32,000 nucleotides of DNA. Source: Planctopirus limnophila DSM 3776. GTDB lineage: Bacteria > Planctomycetota > Planctomycetia > Planctomycetales > Planctomycetaceae. Below are positions 18,279 to 27,595 of this stretch, in pieces. Each line of letters opens with the position of its first letter. Position 1 is the stretch's first letter. The position numbers and the translations under genes were made by a program. The notes below the pieces were generated by a model that saw nothing but the letters and a program-made list of their open reading frames with translations, ran no database searches and was not told the origin of the DNA. The stretch lies in assembly GCF_000092105.1 (NCBI RefSeq), contig NC_014148.1, positions 2,610,001-2,642,000 on the forward strand. Direction: 5' to 3'.

Positions 18279-19724
18279 ATGGCTTCCACACAAATCAGTA
18301 CCACACCCCAAGGCACAATTGTGCCCGCTGGTGGGCATCATGATCAGCATGACACTACCCTGGGGCTATGGAACGTCGGCGAAACGTGGCAAGCCCAGAA
18401 CTTTCCGGCACTCCAACTGGCCCAGCCGATCAGTACGATTCGCTGGATCTCGACAGCACTATTGTGGGCGTTGCCCATCAGTCTGATTGTCATGATGTTC
18501 GCCCCCTGGCAGCAATCCGTTGTCGGTTCCGGGCGAGTGATCACTTATGATCCCAATCATCGCCTGCAGGAAATCGATGCTCCCATCGGAGGTCGCATCA
18601 CGAATATTCGTGCCGAGCTGGTGGAAGGGGCGATCGTCAAAAAAGGCGAAGTCCTCATGGATATTGAGGTCATCGACTCGGCTTTGATTTTTCGCCTCGA
18701 AGAACAGTTCATGGCCACTCAGCGTAAACTCGAGACCGAAAAGACCATTGCCATTGCCTACGAACAACAGGTTCAAGCGTTTGAAGCCATTCGCAACCAG
18801 ACGGAACTTGCCCAGGATGAATTCATTAAAATGGCTGGGCAGAAGTTGCTTGCTGAGCAGCAGAACCTGAAAGCAGCGACCGCCGCCTATGAGCAGGCCG
18901 AGAAGGATCGCATTCGACGCATTCAGCTCTTTGAACAGAAGGTGGAATCTCGATACGAAGTCGAAATTGCTGAGCGAAAAGCTCAAGAGGAACAGGCGAA
19001 ACTGGCACAGGCCAATGCTTATGTTGAAGCAGCGAAGAGCGAGCTGTCGGCTAAAGAGGCCGAGCGACTTTACAAGATTCGTGAGGCGATCACCAAGATT
19101 GACTCAGCACGGGCCGTTTATCAGAAGTCGTTGGGAGATATCGCCAGTACCGAGAAGGAGATCGCCGATATCCAAGCTAAACAAAAGTTGCAAGTACAGT
19201 CGGTGGTAGCCCCGATTGATGGGTATGTCCTGCGACTGACAAACTTTCAGGGAGGAAAAATTATTTCGGCAGGCACGCCGCTTTTGGAACTCGTTCCATT
19301 AACAGCAGATCGCGCTGTCGAGATCAAGGTCGATGGAAACGATGCACCGCTGGTCGCCTCACTTTCTAAAGATGGCCAGCATCGCAAAGTCAGACTGCAA
19401 TTTGAAGGCTGGCCTGCGGTTCAATTTTCCGGCTGGCCTTCAGTCGCAGTCGGTACCTTCGGTGGTGTTGTCGCTGTCGTCGATTCGATGGATGATGGAA
19501 TTGGTAAATTTCGAGTGCTGGTATTGCCTGATCCGGATGAAACAAGGCCGTGGCCCACAGCCAATGTCTTGAGGCAAGGGATTCGGGCCAGAGCCTGGGT
19601 GTTGCTGGATCGGGTCACGATCGGGCAGGAACTCTGGAGACAACTCAACGGATTCCCACCCGCTATTCAACTGGATGATTATAAGAGTTCAACGGACGAC
19701 AAACTTCTTCGAGGGAAAAAATGA
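18279..19724 (+). CDS. HlyD-family membrane fusion protein (type I secretion / bacteriocin-export type)
   Basis: Single N-terminal TM (WISTALLWALPISLIVMMFAPW). Lipoyl-like halves (IDAPIGGRITNI...GEVLMDIE and VVAPIDGYVLRL) flank a ~170-aa coiled coil. GGAAGGAG lies 7 nt upstream of the ATG. Confidence 0.85.
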   Translation: MASTQISTTPQGTIVPAGGHHDQHDTTLGLWNVGETWQAQNFPALQLAQPISTIRWISTALLWALPISLIVMMFAPWQQSVVGSGRVITYDPNHRLQEIDAPIGGRITNIRAELVEGAIVKKGEVLMDIEVIDSALIFRLEEQFMATQRKLETEKTIAIAYEQQVQAFEAIRNQTELAQDEFIKMAGQKLLAEQQNLKAATAAYEQAEKDRIRRIQLFEQKVESRYEVEIAERKAQEEQAKLAQANAYVEAAKSELSAKEAERLYKIREAITKIDSARAVYQKSLGDIASTEKEIADIQAKQKLQVQSVVAPIDGYVLRLTNFQGGKIISAGTPLLELVPLTADRAVEIKVDGNDAPLVASLSKDGQHRKVRLQFEGWPAVQFSGWPSVAVGTFGGVVAVVDSMDDGIGKFRVLVLPDPDETRPWPTANVLRQGIRARAWVLLDRVTIGQELWRQLNGFPPAIQLDDYKSSTDDKLLRGKK

Positions 19725-21574
19725 CGCGATCCGGACAAGCATGGATGCTTGTTGGTTGCCTGGTGATAGCCGGATGCTCAACCGCTCGTACAAGTGTGGT
19801 TCGCTCCATCTCACCAGCATCGTCGTCGGTCGAGAAATCGACCGTCGCCAATCACAAGATCTCCGAAGAAAACACCACCGGCAAAGAGACCAGTTCTCGA
19901 TACACAACCAACAAAACTGCCTTCCCACCTGAAATTCCAGAAGATCCGGTGCCTGCGGAAGAGACCTCATCCACGATTCAACTTGCCAATTCTGAAGTGC
20001 TGGATGCAGAACCTGCAGGTGCAACGGCTGCTGAGCAGACCGCTGCTTTACAGGGAGCATCGTCCCCACCAGGTCAAGTCAGCACACCTCCCGCCGGTGG
20101 AGGCGATGAGTTTATGGAGGGATCCTTGCTCCCCGGAAAGATCCGCCAGGAGATTCCTCCCAGCCCCGGGAATGCCGATGAGATTCCTATCGTAGGTGAT
20201 GAGCGAGTCAGTCCACCCCTGGTACTCAACAGTGTCATCGACTCGGTCTACATGTCGTTTCCTCTTTTAAGGAATGCACTTTATGGCCGCAATATTGCCA
20301 ATGGAGCCAATCTCGCTGCCCAGGGAGCTTTCGACCTCAAGCTGAATGCTGATTTGAATAACCAGCCCCTGGGTTACTACCAGACGTATCGGAATGGTGT
20401 CGATATTGCCCAGCCCGTGCTCCAGAATGGTGGAGAAGTGATTGCCGGGTATCGCGCGGGTCGTGGTAACTTTGAACCATGGTACGGAAATCGCGAAACC
20501 AACGATGGGGGCGAGTTCATGGCTGGCCTGGCGATCCCACTTTTGCAGAACCGTGCGATTGATAAACGCCGCGCTGAACTCTGGATTACTCAGGTTGGTC
20601 AATCAAAAGTCGAACCAGAGATTAAAACCCAGCTCCTGCAATTTATTCGTGATAGTACAATTGCCTATTGGGAATGGGTGGCCGCAGGGCAGGGGCTGCG
20701 AGTGGCTCGTGAGCTGCAGGCACTGGCACTGGATCGAGATCAACAGATCCGCGCGACAGTCCAGGAAGGTGATCGTCCCGAATCAGACATTATTGATAAC
20801 CAGCGTTTAATTGTTGCCAGACAGGTCAAGCTGATTGAAGCGGAACAAAAGCTTCAAAGCTCGGCCGTCAAGCTCTCACTCTATTTGAGAGATGCTGCTG
20901 GCAATCCCTTTATCCCTTCCAACAGCATGCTGCCTGCGAGGTTTCCAACTCCGATGCTGGTGACACCCGAGGTACTGGAAGCCGATATTGCCTTCGCTAC
21001 CTCTCGCCGGCCGGAATTGCTGGCACTCGATTTCGACCGTCAGCAATTGTCTATCGAGTTATTAAAGGCACAGAACGAACTGTTACCCACATTGGGTGCC
21101 CATGTCCTGGCCAAAAAAGATGTCGGCGGGCCAACCAGCTCGATCAATGATAAAGGTCCCTTCCAGGGAGAAGCCGGCTTGCAGTTTACCGTTCCTCTGC
21201 AACGTCGAAACGCCAACGGCAAAATCATGATGGTCGAAGGGAAGCTGGCTCAGAATATGGCCAAACGCCAATTCACGGCTGATAAAATTTCCGTCGAAGT
21301 TCGCACTGCCGTCATTGCCCTGGAAAATGCCTATCGTGCCATTGGTCAGGCCAGTGCTTCTGTCCGTCTCAACGAAGAGATGCAACGATTTGAAACCATT
21401 CGATTAAATGAGGGCGCGAGCGATCTCTTGAGATTGAACCTGCGCGAGCAGGCCACCTTTGATGCTCGTGTTCAGGAAGTTCTCGCCCTGCTAGGTTACT
21501 TCGCCGCAGAGGCTGACTATAAGGCCGCAACTGCGGCTGAACTCCCCGAAGAAATCCTGGTTCCCGCCAACTAA
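19721..21574 (+). CDS. TolC-family outer membrane factor, lipoprotein form with a long low-complexity linker
   Basis: Lipobox LVIAGC after a signal peptide (MTRSGQAWMLVGCLVIAGCST). A ~150-aa Ser/Thr/Pro/Glu/Ala-rich region follows. Then come two TolC-type repeat halves (LRNALYGRNI..., RRPELLALDFDRQQLSIELLKAQNELLPTL...). The start overlaps the HlyD stop (ATGA). Confidence 0.8.
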   Translation: MTRSGQAWMLVGCLVIAGCSTARTSVVRSISPASSSVEKSTVANHKISEENTTGKETSSRYTTNKTAFPPEIPEDPVPAEETSSTIQLANSEVLDAEPAGATAAEQTAALQGASSPPGQVSTPPAGGGDEFMEGSLLPGKIRQEIPPSPGNADEIPIVGDERVSPPLVLNSVIDSVYMSFPLLRNALYGRNIANGANLAAQGAFDLKLNADLNNQPLGYYQTYRNGVDIAQPVLQNGGEVIAGYRAGRGNFEPWYGNRETNDGGEFMAGLAIPLLQNRAIDKRRAELWITQVGQSKVEPEIKTQLLQFIRDSTIAYWEWVAAGQGLRVARELQALALDRDQQIRATVQEGDRPESDIIDNQRLIVARQVKLIEAEQKLQSSAVKLSLYLRDAAGNPFIPSNSMLPARFPTPMLVTPEVLEADIAFATSRRPELLALDFDRQQLSIELLKAQNELLPTLGAHVLAKKDVGGPTSSINDKGPFQGEAGLQFTVPLQRRNANGKIMMVEGKLAQNMAKRQFTADKISVEVRTAVIALENAYRAIGQASASVRLNEEMQRFETIRLNEGASDLLRLNLREQATFDARVQEVLALLGYFAAEADYKAATAAELPEEILVPAN

Positions 21575-21602
21575 TGAGTCAACAAAGCCCCCCATAGTCG
21601 AA

Positions 21603-22679
21603 TTAAAAGGTTCCCGATTTGATGGCAGGGGGATTTTGCGAACCTGCCGCGCCACCTGCCTCTGGAACATCTAAACCGGCTCCTTTAAGCAGTGCCGCCG
21701 CATGAGTGGCCAACTGTGTTTCAGGATAATCAGTGACCATCTTTGATAATTGTTCACCCAGCTTTTCCTTAAGCTGGGGCTTGGCATTGGCCAGCTGTCG
21801 CTCAATATTCTGAATCTGCTTAAGCGCAGCCAGCCCAGATTTCACCTGGGGATCTTTCGGCAGATCTTTCTTTAACTTGGCAGCACCATCTGAAAGCGGG
21901 TAGCCCTTAAAAGTATCGTTCAATTTGAGCAGTAGCTCATAAGCCTTGAACTTGTTGCCCGCTTCGGCGGAAGCCAATGCTTCGTTTTCTAATTCCTGCC
22001 GCTCGGCATCGACCACTGCGAGCATTTTTTCTGCCACCGATTTGACCTCAGGGCGATTGGAAAGGGCCGCCTTTTTCAGTGGCTGGGCAACACCGCCGTA
22101 AGCACCAAATTCAACCTGTTGCCACAGAGGAATCATTTCCGGTGGGACTTCCGCACGTTCGACTTTCCATGTGGCACCCTGGGCGAGTCCCTTGATGGCA
22201 TCGCTGTAGTCGTCGTAAGGCAAGCTCTCAATTTTCCCAGCAGCGCTGATTCCGCGAATCTGGCGAATGTTCTGCAGGCTGATTTCTCCCACGGAACTGC
22301 TGGCGAATTCTTTTTCAAAGCTGCGATCCGTATCGACGATGATCGGCCAGTTGATTTTTACCTGCTGAGCATATCGCTCGACTTCCGCTCGCTGTGTTCC
22401 AGAGTTCACTGCGATGAAGACAACAGGCAGCTTTTCATTCGATTTAGCAGCCGAAAGGATATCGGGCCAGGCGGCCCGACATTTGGGGCAGGTTTCTTCG
22501 AAGAACACCAGATAAACTGCTTTCCCACGAAGCTGTTCGTAGCTCAATGGCTGTGAATTGACCCACTGACCCGGATTTTTAGGCAAGGGGGGCTGGGCCA
22601 GAGCCTTACGAGAATCAGCCACCAGCAGAACGAATACGAAGGCCAACAGCACACCGGTCCAACCGGCCTTACTGGTCAT
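21603..22679 (-). CDS. Secreted thioredoxin-fold (TlpA/redoxin-like) protein with a helical-repeat C-terminal domain
   Basis: Signal peptide MTSKAGWTGVLLAFVFVLLVA..ALA. GKAVYLVFFEETCPKCRAAWPDI carries a CxxC in a thioredoxin-fold context. The C-terminal ~170 aa are Ala/Lys/Leu-rich helices (TPR-like). ATG 22679 is preferred over the track start at 22706. Confidence 0.7.
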   Translation of the reverse strand: MTSKAGWTGVLLAFVFVLLVADSRKALAQPPLPKNPGQWVNSQPLSYEQLRGKAVYLVFFEETCPKCRAAWPDILSAAKSNEKLPVVFIAVNSGTQRAEVERYAQQVKINWPIIVDTDRSFEKEFASSSVGEISLQNIRQIRGISAAGKIESLPYDDYSDAIKGLAQGATWKVERAEVPPEMIPLWQQVEFGAYGGVAQPLKKAALSNRPEVKSVAEKMLAVVDAERQELENEALASAEAGNKFKAYELLLKLNDTFKGYPLSDGAAKLKKDLPKDPQVKSGLAALKQIQNIERQLANAKPQLKEKLGEQLSKMVTDYPETQLATHAAALLKGAGLDVPEAGGAAGSQNPPAIKSGTF

Positions 22680-23040
22680 GTTTTTTGCGATCATCGACGG
22701 ACTCACTCACACCTGTGGACACGGAAGGACATCAACAGTCGCGTTCTTTGCGGCATCTACAACATACGGACATCTCGCCCGATTCATCGACAGCCATTGA
22801 TCCAACAACGACCTCTGTATCATTTCGTTGCCCGGTGAACATCGCAAACACAATTCTCAAAAACCATCCATTTCGCAAAGACTCGGCATGTGAGTCACTT
22901 GCGGAGATCTCAGGCAGCAGTTGTGATGCTGTTACCGTATCAAGCTGAGAATCCCGGATACTCGTGCTGGTCAGTTCTGGAAAGAATACAGCAGCAAGCT
23001 CACGGCACTCAGCATCAGCAGCACTCAAGGAATCAACTCG

Positions 23041-23511
23041 ATGTCGAATGAATACACCCAGCGTCTCAAAACGTTAGGGATCGAACTGCCACAACCACCA
23101 GTGGCCATTGCCTCTTACATCCCGGTCACGATCACACACCAGATGGCGATCACCAGCGGTCAGTTACCCATGGCAAATGGCCAGGTGCTGCATACTGGCA
23201 AAGTAGGCTCAGAAGTTTCTATCGAAGATGCCGCCAAAGCCGCCCGGCAATGTGCACTGAATGCACTTTCCCACCTGCAAAAAGCACTTAGCTCGATTGA
23301 TCGCATTGAGCGGATACTGAAAATTGACGGATTTGTGCAATCGGCGCCAGGTTTCAGTTCTCAACCTGCAGTGGTGAATGGTGCTTCCGACCTGATGCTC
23401 GAAATCTTTGGAGAAGCCGGCAGACACACCCGAGTCGCTGTCGGAGTGAGCGAACTTCCTTTGAATGCGGCTGTCGAAGTCGCAGTCTGGGTTTCCATCA
23501 AGCCAGAGTAA
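23041..23511 (+). CDS. RidA/YjgF-family protein
   Basis: 156 aa. ...ITSGQLP...G....G.....[11 protein letters not shown]......[10 protein letters not shown]........QP.V.NGASDL...[19 protein letters not shown] matches the YjgF/RidA-like fold pattern. Confidence 0.8.
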   Translation: MSNEYTQRLKTLGIELPQPPVAIASYIPVTITHQMAITSGQLPMANGQVLHTGKVGSEVSIEDAAKAARQCALNALSHLQKALSSIDRIERILKIDGFVQSAPGFSSQPAVVNGASDLMLEIFGEAGRHTRVAVGVSELPLNAAVEVAVWVSIKPE

Positions 23512-23541
23512 CTTCTCGGCGAGTAATAACCGCCAATGAAC

Positions 23542-23580
23542 AACGCGTGTGACTCAACGTCATCCTGAGTCACACGCGTT
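23542..23580. terminator. Perfect 15-bp hairpin between the convergent ridA-like and ndk genes (probable bidirectional terminator)
   Basis: AACGCGTGTGACTCA (23542-23556) is the exact reverse complement of TGAGTCACACGCGTT (23566-23580), with a 9-nt loop. There is no strong U-tract on either side. Confidence 0.5.
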
Positions 23581-23634
23581 GGAAATTTATCATCAGCAGT
23601 CGAAAGGGGACTGCTCCGCCATGAGGGATATGAT

Positions 23635-24099
23635 TTACTCGTCACCAGCCGACAACCATGGCGCAAGTGGCTCAGTGGCATCCACCACTTCATGCGGCTG
23701 AAAGTAGATCGCGATTTCCTTCGCGGCCGCTTCGGGGCCATCACTTCCATGAACAAGGTTCATCTGCCGACTCGTCCCATAATCGCCACGAATGGTTCCC
23801 GGGGCGGCATCGCGACCATTGGTCGGGCCCATCATGCCTCGAACAACACTAATCGCTGACTTGCCTTCAAGAACCAAAGCCACTGTCGGGCCAGCAGTAA
23901 TGAAGCTTTCGAGCATGGGATAAAATGGCTTCTGGACATGTTCGGCATAGTGCCTCTTGGCCAGTTCCGGGGTAACCTGAATCAGCTTCAGAGCTGCAAT
24001 GCGTAGGCCCTTCTGCTCAAAACGAGTGAGAATCGGCCCTGCAAGGCGTCGGGCAACAGCATCTGGCTTCAGCAGGACAAGAGTACGTTCCGTAGGCAT
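23635..24099 (-). CDS. ndk: Nucleoside diphosphate kinase
   Basis: [13 protein letters not shown]...G.I..RFE.KG..I.ALK......LA..HY.EH..KPF...L..FI..GP.VALVLEG..AI...R.MMG.TN...A.PGTIRGD......MN.VHGSDG is the canonical NDK sequence with the active-site His. Confidence 0.95.
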   Translation of the reverse strand: MPTERTLVLLKPDAVARRLAGPILTRFEQKGLRIAALKLIQVTPELAKRHYAEHVQKPFYPMLESFITAGPTVALVLEGKSAISVVRGMMGPTNGRDAAPGTIRGDYGTSRQMNLVHGSDGPEAAAKEIAIYFQPHEVVDATEPLAPWLSAGDE

Positions 24100-24259
24100 T
24101 TCTTTCGAATCCCAAAGACTAAAGAATGTGAGTTAAAGACAAGTCAATTTTTCCAGCAACTATGTGTGAATCGATAGGCCAAACCAGCGTATCGATCGTC
24201 AGGTGTTCTCTGCGAGCAGTCATTGTTCCCGCTGCTTCCTGAGCTGGCACTATGCAGAG

Positions 24260-25411
24260 TCAAGCCTTCATTTTCTCGACCGACAGATCCATCAGGCTGC
24301 AAAACTCTTCGAAAAGATACGCACTGTCATGTGGCCCCGCAGCAGCTTCAGGATGATACTGCACACTGAAAGCGGGTTGATCGGTCAGTCGCATCCCCTC
24401 GATTGTCTGATCATTCAGATTCCGGTGAGTGACCTCGATATTCGCTGGCAAAGTCAAAGCATCGATCGCAAAACCGTGATTCTGCGAGGTAATCTCGACT
24501 TTCGAGTTCCGCAGATTCATCACTGGCTGGTTCGCACCGCGATGACCGAATTTCAGTTTATAGGTTCTCGCTCCAGCAGCCAGCCCGAGGAGTTGATGTC
24601 CCAGGCAAATGCCAAAGATGGGGAGTTTACCCAGCAATTCGCGAATTGTCCGAATCGCATAAGTCAGCGGCTCAGGATCACCAGGGCCATTCGACAAGAA
24701 GACACCATCCGGCTGCAATGCCAGAATTTCTGCTGCCGTGGAAGTCCCCGGGACAACCGTCACACGACAACCAACCTGGGTCAGATGTCGCAGGATATTC
24801 CACTTCATGCCGTAATCAATTGCGACGACGTGATAGCGGGTGGGTTGGGAATCCTGCGGAGCCAACGTCGCGAAATTACCCAGCCTTTCAGTCCAGGCAA
24901 AACTCGCAGCGGGCATGACCTCCTGAACAAGATCCTGACCAACAATGCTGGGGGCAGCCTGGGCTTTGGCAATAAGCGACTGTGGATCGAGATCGACAGT
25001 CGAAAGCACACCCGTGACTGATCCCTGGCTGCGTAAGCGGCGAACCAGCGAGCGGGTATCGATCCCTTCGAGGCCAATAACTCCGGCTTTGCGGAGATAA
25101 TCATCCAGAGAAAGCTCTGAACGAAAGTTACTCGGGGCTCGGCACAATTCCCGAACCACAAAAGCTCTCAGACGAGGACCATTGCTTTCCACATCTTCGA
25201 AGTTGATGCCGTAGTTCCCGATTAGCGGGTAGGTCATCGTCACGATCTGACCGCAATAGGAGGGGTCCGTCAGAATCTCGCCATAACCTGTCATGCTTGT
25301 GTTAAAAACCACTTCGCCAGTGACCTCACCCGAGGCACCGAACGCAGAGCCAAAAAAAACAGATCCGTCTGCCAATGCCAGACAAGCTGAAGACTTAGCC
25401 TCTTGGGACAT
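24260..25411 (-). CDS. carA: Carbamoyl-phosphate synthase small (glutaminase) subunit
   Basis: [52 protein letters not shown] is present. The class-I GATase triad contexts are also present ([22 protein letters not shown]). ATG 25411 is preferred. No carB is adjacent. Confidence 0.95.
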   Translation of the reverse strand: MSQEAKSSACLALADGSVFFGSAFGASGEVTGEVVFNTSMTGYGEILTDPSYCGQIVTMTYPLIGNYGINFEDVESNGPRLRAFVVRELCRAPSNFRSELSLDDYLRKAGVIGLEGIDTRSLVRRLRSQGSVTGVLSTVDLDPQSLIAKAQAAPSIVGQDLVQEVMPAASFAWTERLGNFATLAPQDSQPTRYHVVAIDYGMKWNILRHLTQVGCRVTVVPGTSTAAEILALQPDGVFLSNGPGDPEPLTYAIRTIRELLGKLPIFGICLGHQLLGLAAGARTYKLKFGHRGANQPVMNLRNSKVEITSQNHGFAIDALTLPANIEVTHRNLNDQTIEGMRLTDQPAFSVQYHPEAAAGPHDSAYLFEEFCSLMDLSVEKMKA

Positions 25412-25519
25412 CAGACAGCGCCTCACCTTTCCTGGAAAGCCTTAAAAAATGGCTTTGATCAAGTTCAAGACATCACACAGATTCCAAGCGTTATCAAAGC
25501 GTATCGCGATCATGAATGT

Positions 25520-25556
25520 AAAAAAAGGAACCGCAGTGTTTTCACTACGGTTCCTC
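25520..25556 (-). terminator. Intrinsic terminator after the second arsR-like gene
   Basis: AGGAACCGcAGT (25526-25537) pairs with ACTaCGGTTCCT (25544-25555) with one internal mismatch and a 6-nt loop. The plus-strand A7 tract (25520-25526) becomes a U7 tract after the hairpin on the minus-strand transcript. Confidence 0.55.
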
Positions 25557-25647
25557 TCATTTTGTCGAGCCTTTGAAGTAAGCAAAACCTCAAGTCTCAA
25601 TGTATCTGACCCATCACATCCAGGATCATCCCCGGACTGGAAGCACC

Positions 25648-26043
25648 TTAGGCGTTCTCTTCCTGTGACAGCACGAAGTTCTTGAAGCGGATTCGGTCAC
25701 GCTCGCCATCTCCAATGCTGGAGAAGAGTTCAGCCATAATGCGGTGGAAATGCTTCTGGCGCACACTGTAGAAATTGTGCTTACCATCGCGACGGGCTTC
25801 AATCAGACCGGCTACTCGAAGTAAAGCCAGATGATGGCTGACTGCTGGCTGGCTCTGACCCAGGCGCTCGCAGAGGGCAGTCACATGCAATTCCTGATCT
25901 TTCATCAGATACATCAGGATACGCAGGCGAGTTTCATCGGCCAACAGCTTAAAGACCTGAACGAGGTCTTTCTCAAGCTGAGTCGACAGATCGGGGAAGG
26001 ATGAACCTTTTTCGACCAAAGGTTCGGCAACGTTCGAAATCAT
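25648..26043 (-). CDS. ArsR/SmtB-family transcriptional regulator
   Basis: FKLLADETRLRILMYLMKDQELHVTALCERLGQSQPAVSHHLALLRVAGLIEARRDGKHNFYS is a canonical ArsR winged HTH. Confidence 0.85.
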   Translation of the reverse strand: MISNVAEPLVEKGSSFPDLSTQLEKDLVQVFKLLADETRLRILMYLMKDQELHVTALCERLGQSQPAVSHHLALLRVAGLIEARRDGKHNFYSVRQKHFHRIMAELFSSIGDGERDRIRFKNFVLSQEENA

Positions 26044-26071
26044 TATATTCGCTCTCTACTTAAAAGGACCA

Positions 26072-26113
26072 TGACTGAGTGACGCCGATCCATTCGGCGG
26101 GTGAAATCAGTCA
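26072..26113. promoter_or_regulatory. Nested inverted repeat just upstream of the arsR-like start codon (operator or 5' UTR hairpin)
   Basis: TGACTGA (26072-78) and TCAGTCA (26107-13) enclose CGCCGA (26083-88) and TCGGCG (26094-99). The element lies 29-70 nt upstream of ATG 26043 (minus strand). Confidence 0.3.
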
Positions 26114-26735
26114 GGTCAAAATTTTACTATTCCAAATCCATCAGCACCCAGAGTTAACTTGGTGCCTGGAATCAAACACATCGATCAAAAAACCAGAACC
26201 ACAATCTCAGTTTTCACACCGATTTCGATGAACCCACACAACAATTTATATTGATCTGTTGAGCTCACCTGCAGCAATTCAGCAAGTCTGTTCAAACTTA
26301 TTCAGCATTTCCTGAGACCATTGCCTTACAGTTGCTCAAAACACTTGCAAGGATTTAGCGATTTCAGATTATCCCATTACATGAAATCTGCCAAACGAAC
26401 ATCAGTATTCCTAAATATGTCGCATGACTGATTGTTTCTCCAACGTATTTTGCAACCTGGAGGACAGTCCGTCAACAACACTCTCGCCACAACAAGCATT
26501 TCTCCCAAAAGTGGTAGAAATGTAAATCTCTGTCGTGATTGATGTTAAAACACCTTCATAAACGATCACTGAATTTGTGACAGATCATCTTTTCTGTTCC
26601 GACATCGAACTTTAACAGCAGATTGTGTGCCACACATGTGGACACTCTGTTGTGTGGATATGTTCGCTGCCTGTTATGATGCCCTTCTCATGGTCTTTTC
26701 ACGAGGTTTTTCTTCCCCGGTGGAGCACGTCAGCG

Positions 26736-27518
26736 ATGACAAATATGCCTGAAAAGAAAGCATTCTGCAGCTTACACGGGCTGAATGCAGTCATCACCGG
26801 GAGTTCATCCGGTATTGGAAAGGCAATTGCTTTGGAACTTTCTCAAGCAGGGGCCACCGTCGGCTTGCACACCCGAAAGTCGATCAATTCACTTGAGCAA
26901 ATCCGAAAGACAATCCACTCGCAAGGAGGAACAACGCATATTTTTCAGGCAGACCTGCGGAACAACGATGCGGCCGAAACCTTGGCCGAACAGGCATGGT
27001 CAGAAATGGGATCTATTGATATCTGGATCAATAATGCCGGCGTGGATCTCCTCACGACCGAAGAAGCTCGCCTCCCGCCAGTCAATAAACTTGATCTTTT
27101 GCACTCCGTTGATGTGCGCGCTACTTACCAGCTTTCCCGCGAGATCGCCACGCGTATGAAATCACGGGGCAGGGGCTGCATTATCAACATCGGCTGGGAT
27201 CAGGCAGATCGCGGTATGGAGGGAGAAAGCGGTGAACTTTTCGCAGCAGCCAAGAATGCTGTCATGGGTTTTACCCGCTCGATGGCAGTCAGTTTTGCCC
27301 CTGAAGTCCGTTTGAATTGTGTCGCTCCGGGATGGATAAAAACCGCCTGGGGAGTGACTGCCAGCCCCGTTTGGCAGGAGCGGGTCATTCGTGAAACTCC
27401 CCTGAAACGATGGGGATTGCCAGAGGATATTGCCCGTGCTGTCCGATTTCTGGTCAGCGAGGAAGCCTCTTTTATCACGGGACAAGTGATAAACGTCAAC
27501 GGCGGGGCCATCCGCTGA
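26736..27518 (+). CDS. Short-chain dehydrogenase/reductase-fold protein with non-canonical active-site positions
   Basis: The Rossmann motif VITGSSSGIGKA and NNAG are intact, as are PG.I.T and the C-terminal ITGQVINVNGG. At the expected Ser and Tyr-x3-Lys positions the sequence reads NIGW and FAAAK. ATG 26736 is preferred over the track start at 26625. Confidence 0.85.
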   Translation: MTNMPEKKAFCSLHGLNAVITGSSSGIGKAIALELSQAGATVGLHTRKSINSLEQIRKTIHSQGGTTHIFQADLRNNDAAETLAEQAWSEMGSIDIWINNAGVDLLTTEEARLPPVNKLDLLHSVDVRATYQLSREIATRMKSRGRGCIINIGWDQADRGMEGESGELFAAAKNAVMGFTRSMAVSFAPEVRLNCVAPGWIKTAWGVTASPVWQERVIRETPLKRWGLPEDIARAVRFLVSEEASFITGQVINVNGGAIR

Positions 27519-27595
27519 TACAATTGTTAATCTCAAATTCAGAATCTGCCGAGTTGAATTCGTTTGAACATCTTTTGGAATGACGTGACTTCGTC

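Noticed and set aside
18459-18986. 175-aa minus-strand ORF
   Set aside because: Antisense to the coiled-coil part of the HlyD-family gene. Low-complexity Leu/Phe-rich translation with no independent support.
19689-20195. Alternative-frame ORFs over the 5' third of the TolC gene (19794..20195 +, 19689..20069 -)
   Set aside because: They lie in the low-complexity linker-coding region, where all frames stay open. The TolC frame has the signal peptide/lipobox and continues into conserved repeats.
24203-25021. 272-aa plus-strand ORF
   Set aside because: Antisense to carA, whose identity is unambiguous. The translation has no motifs.
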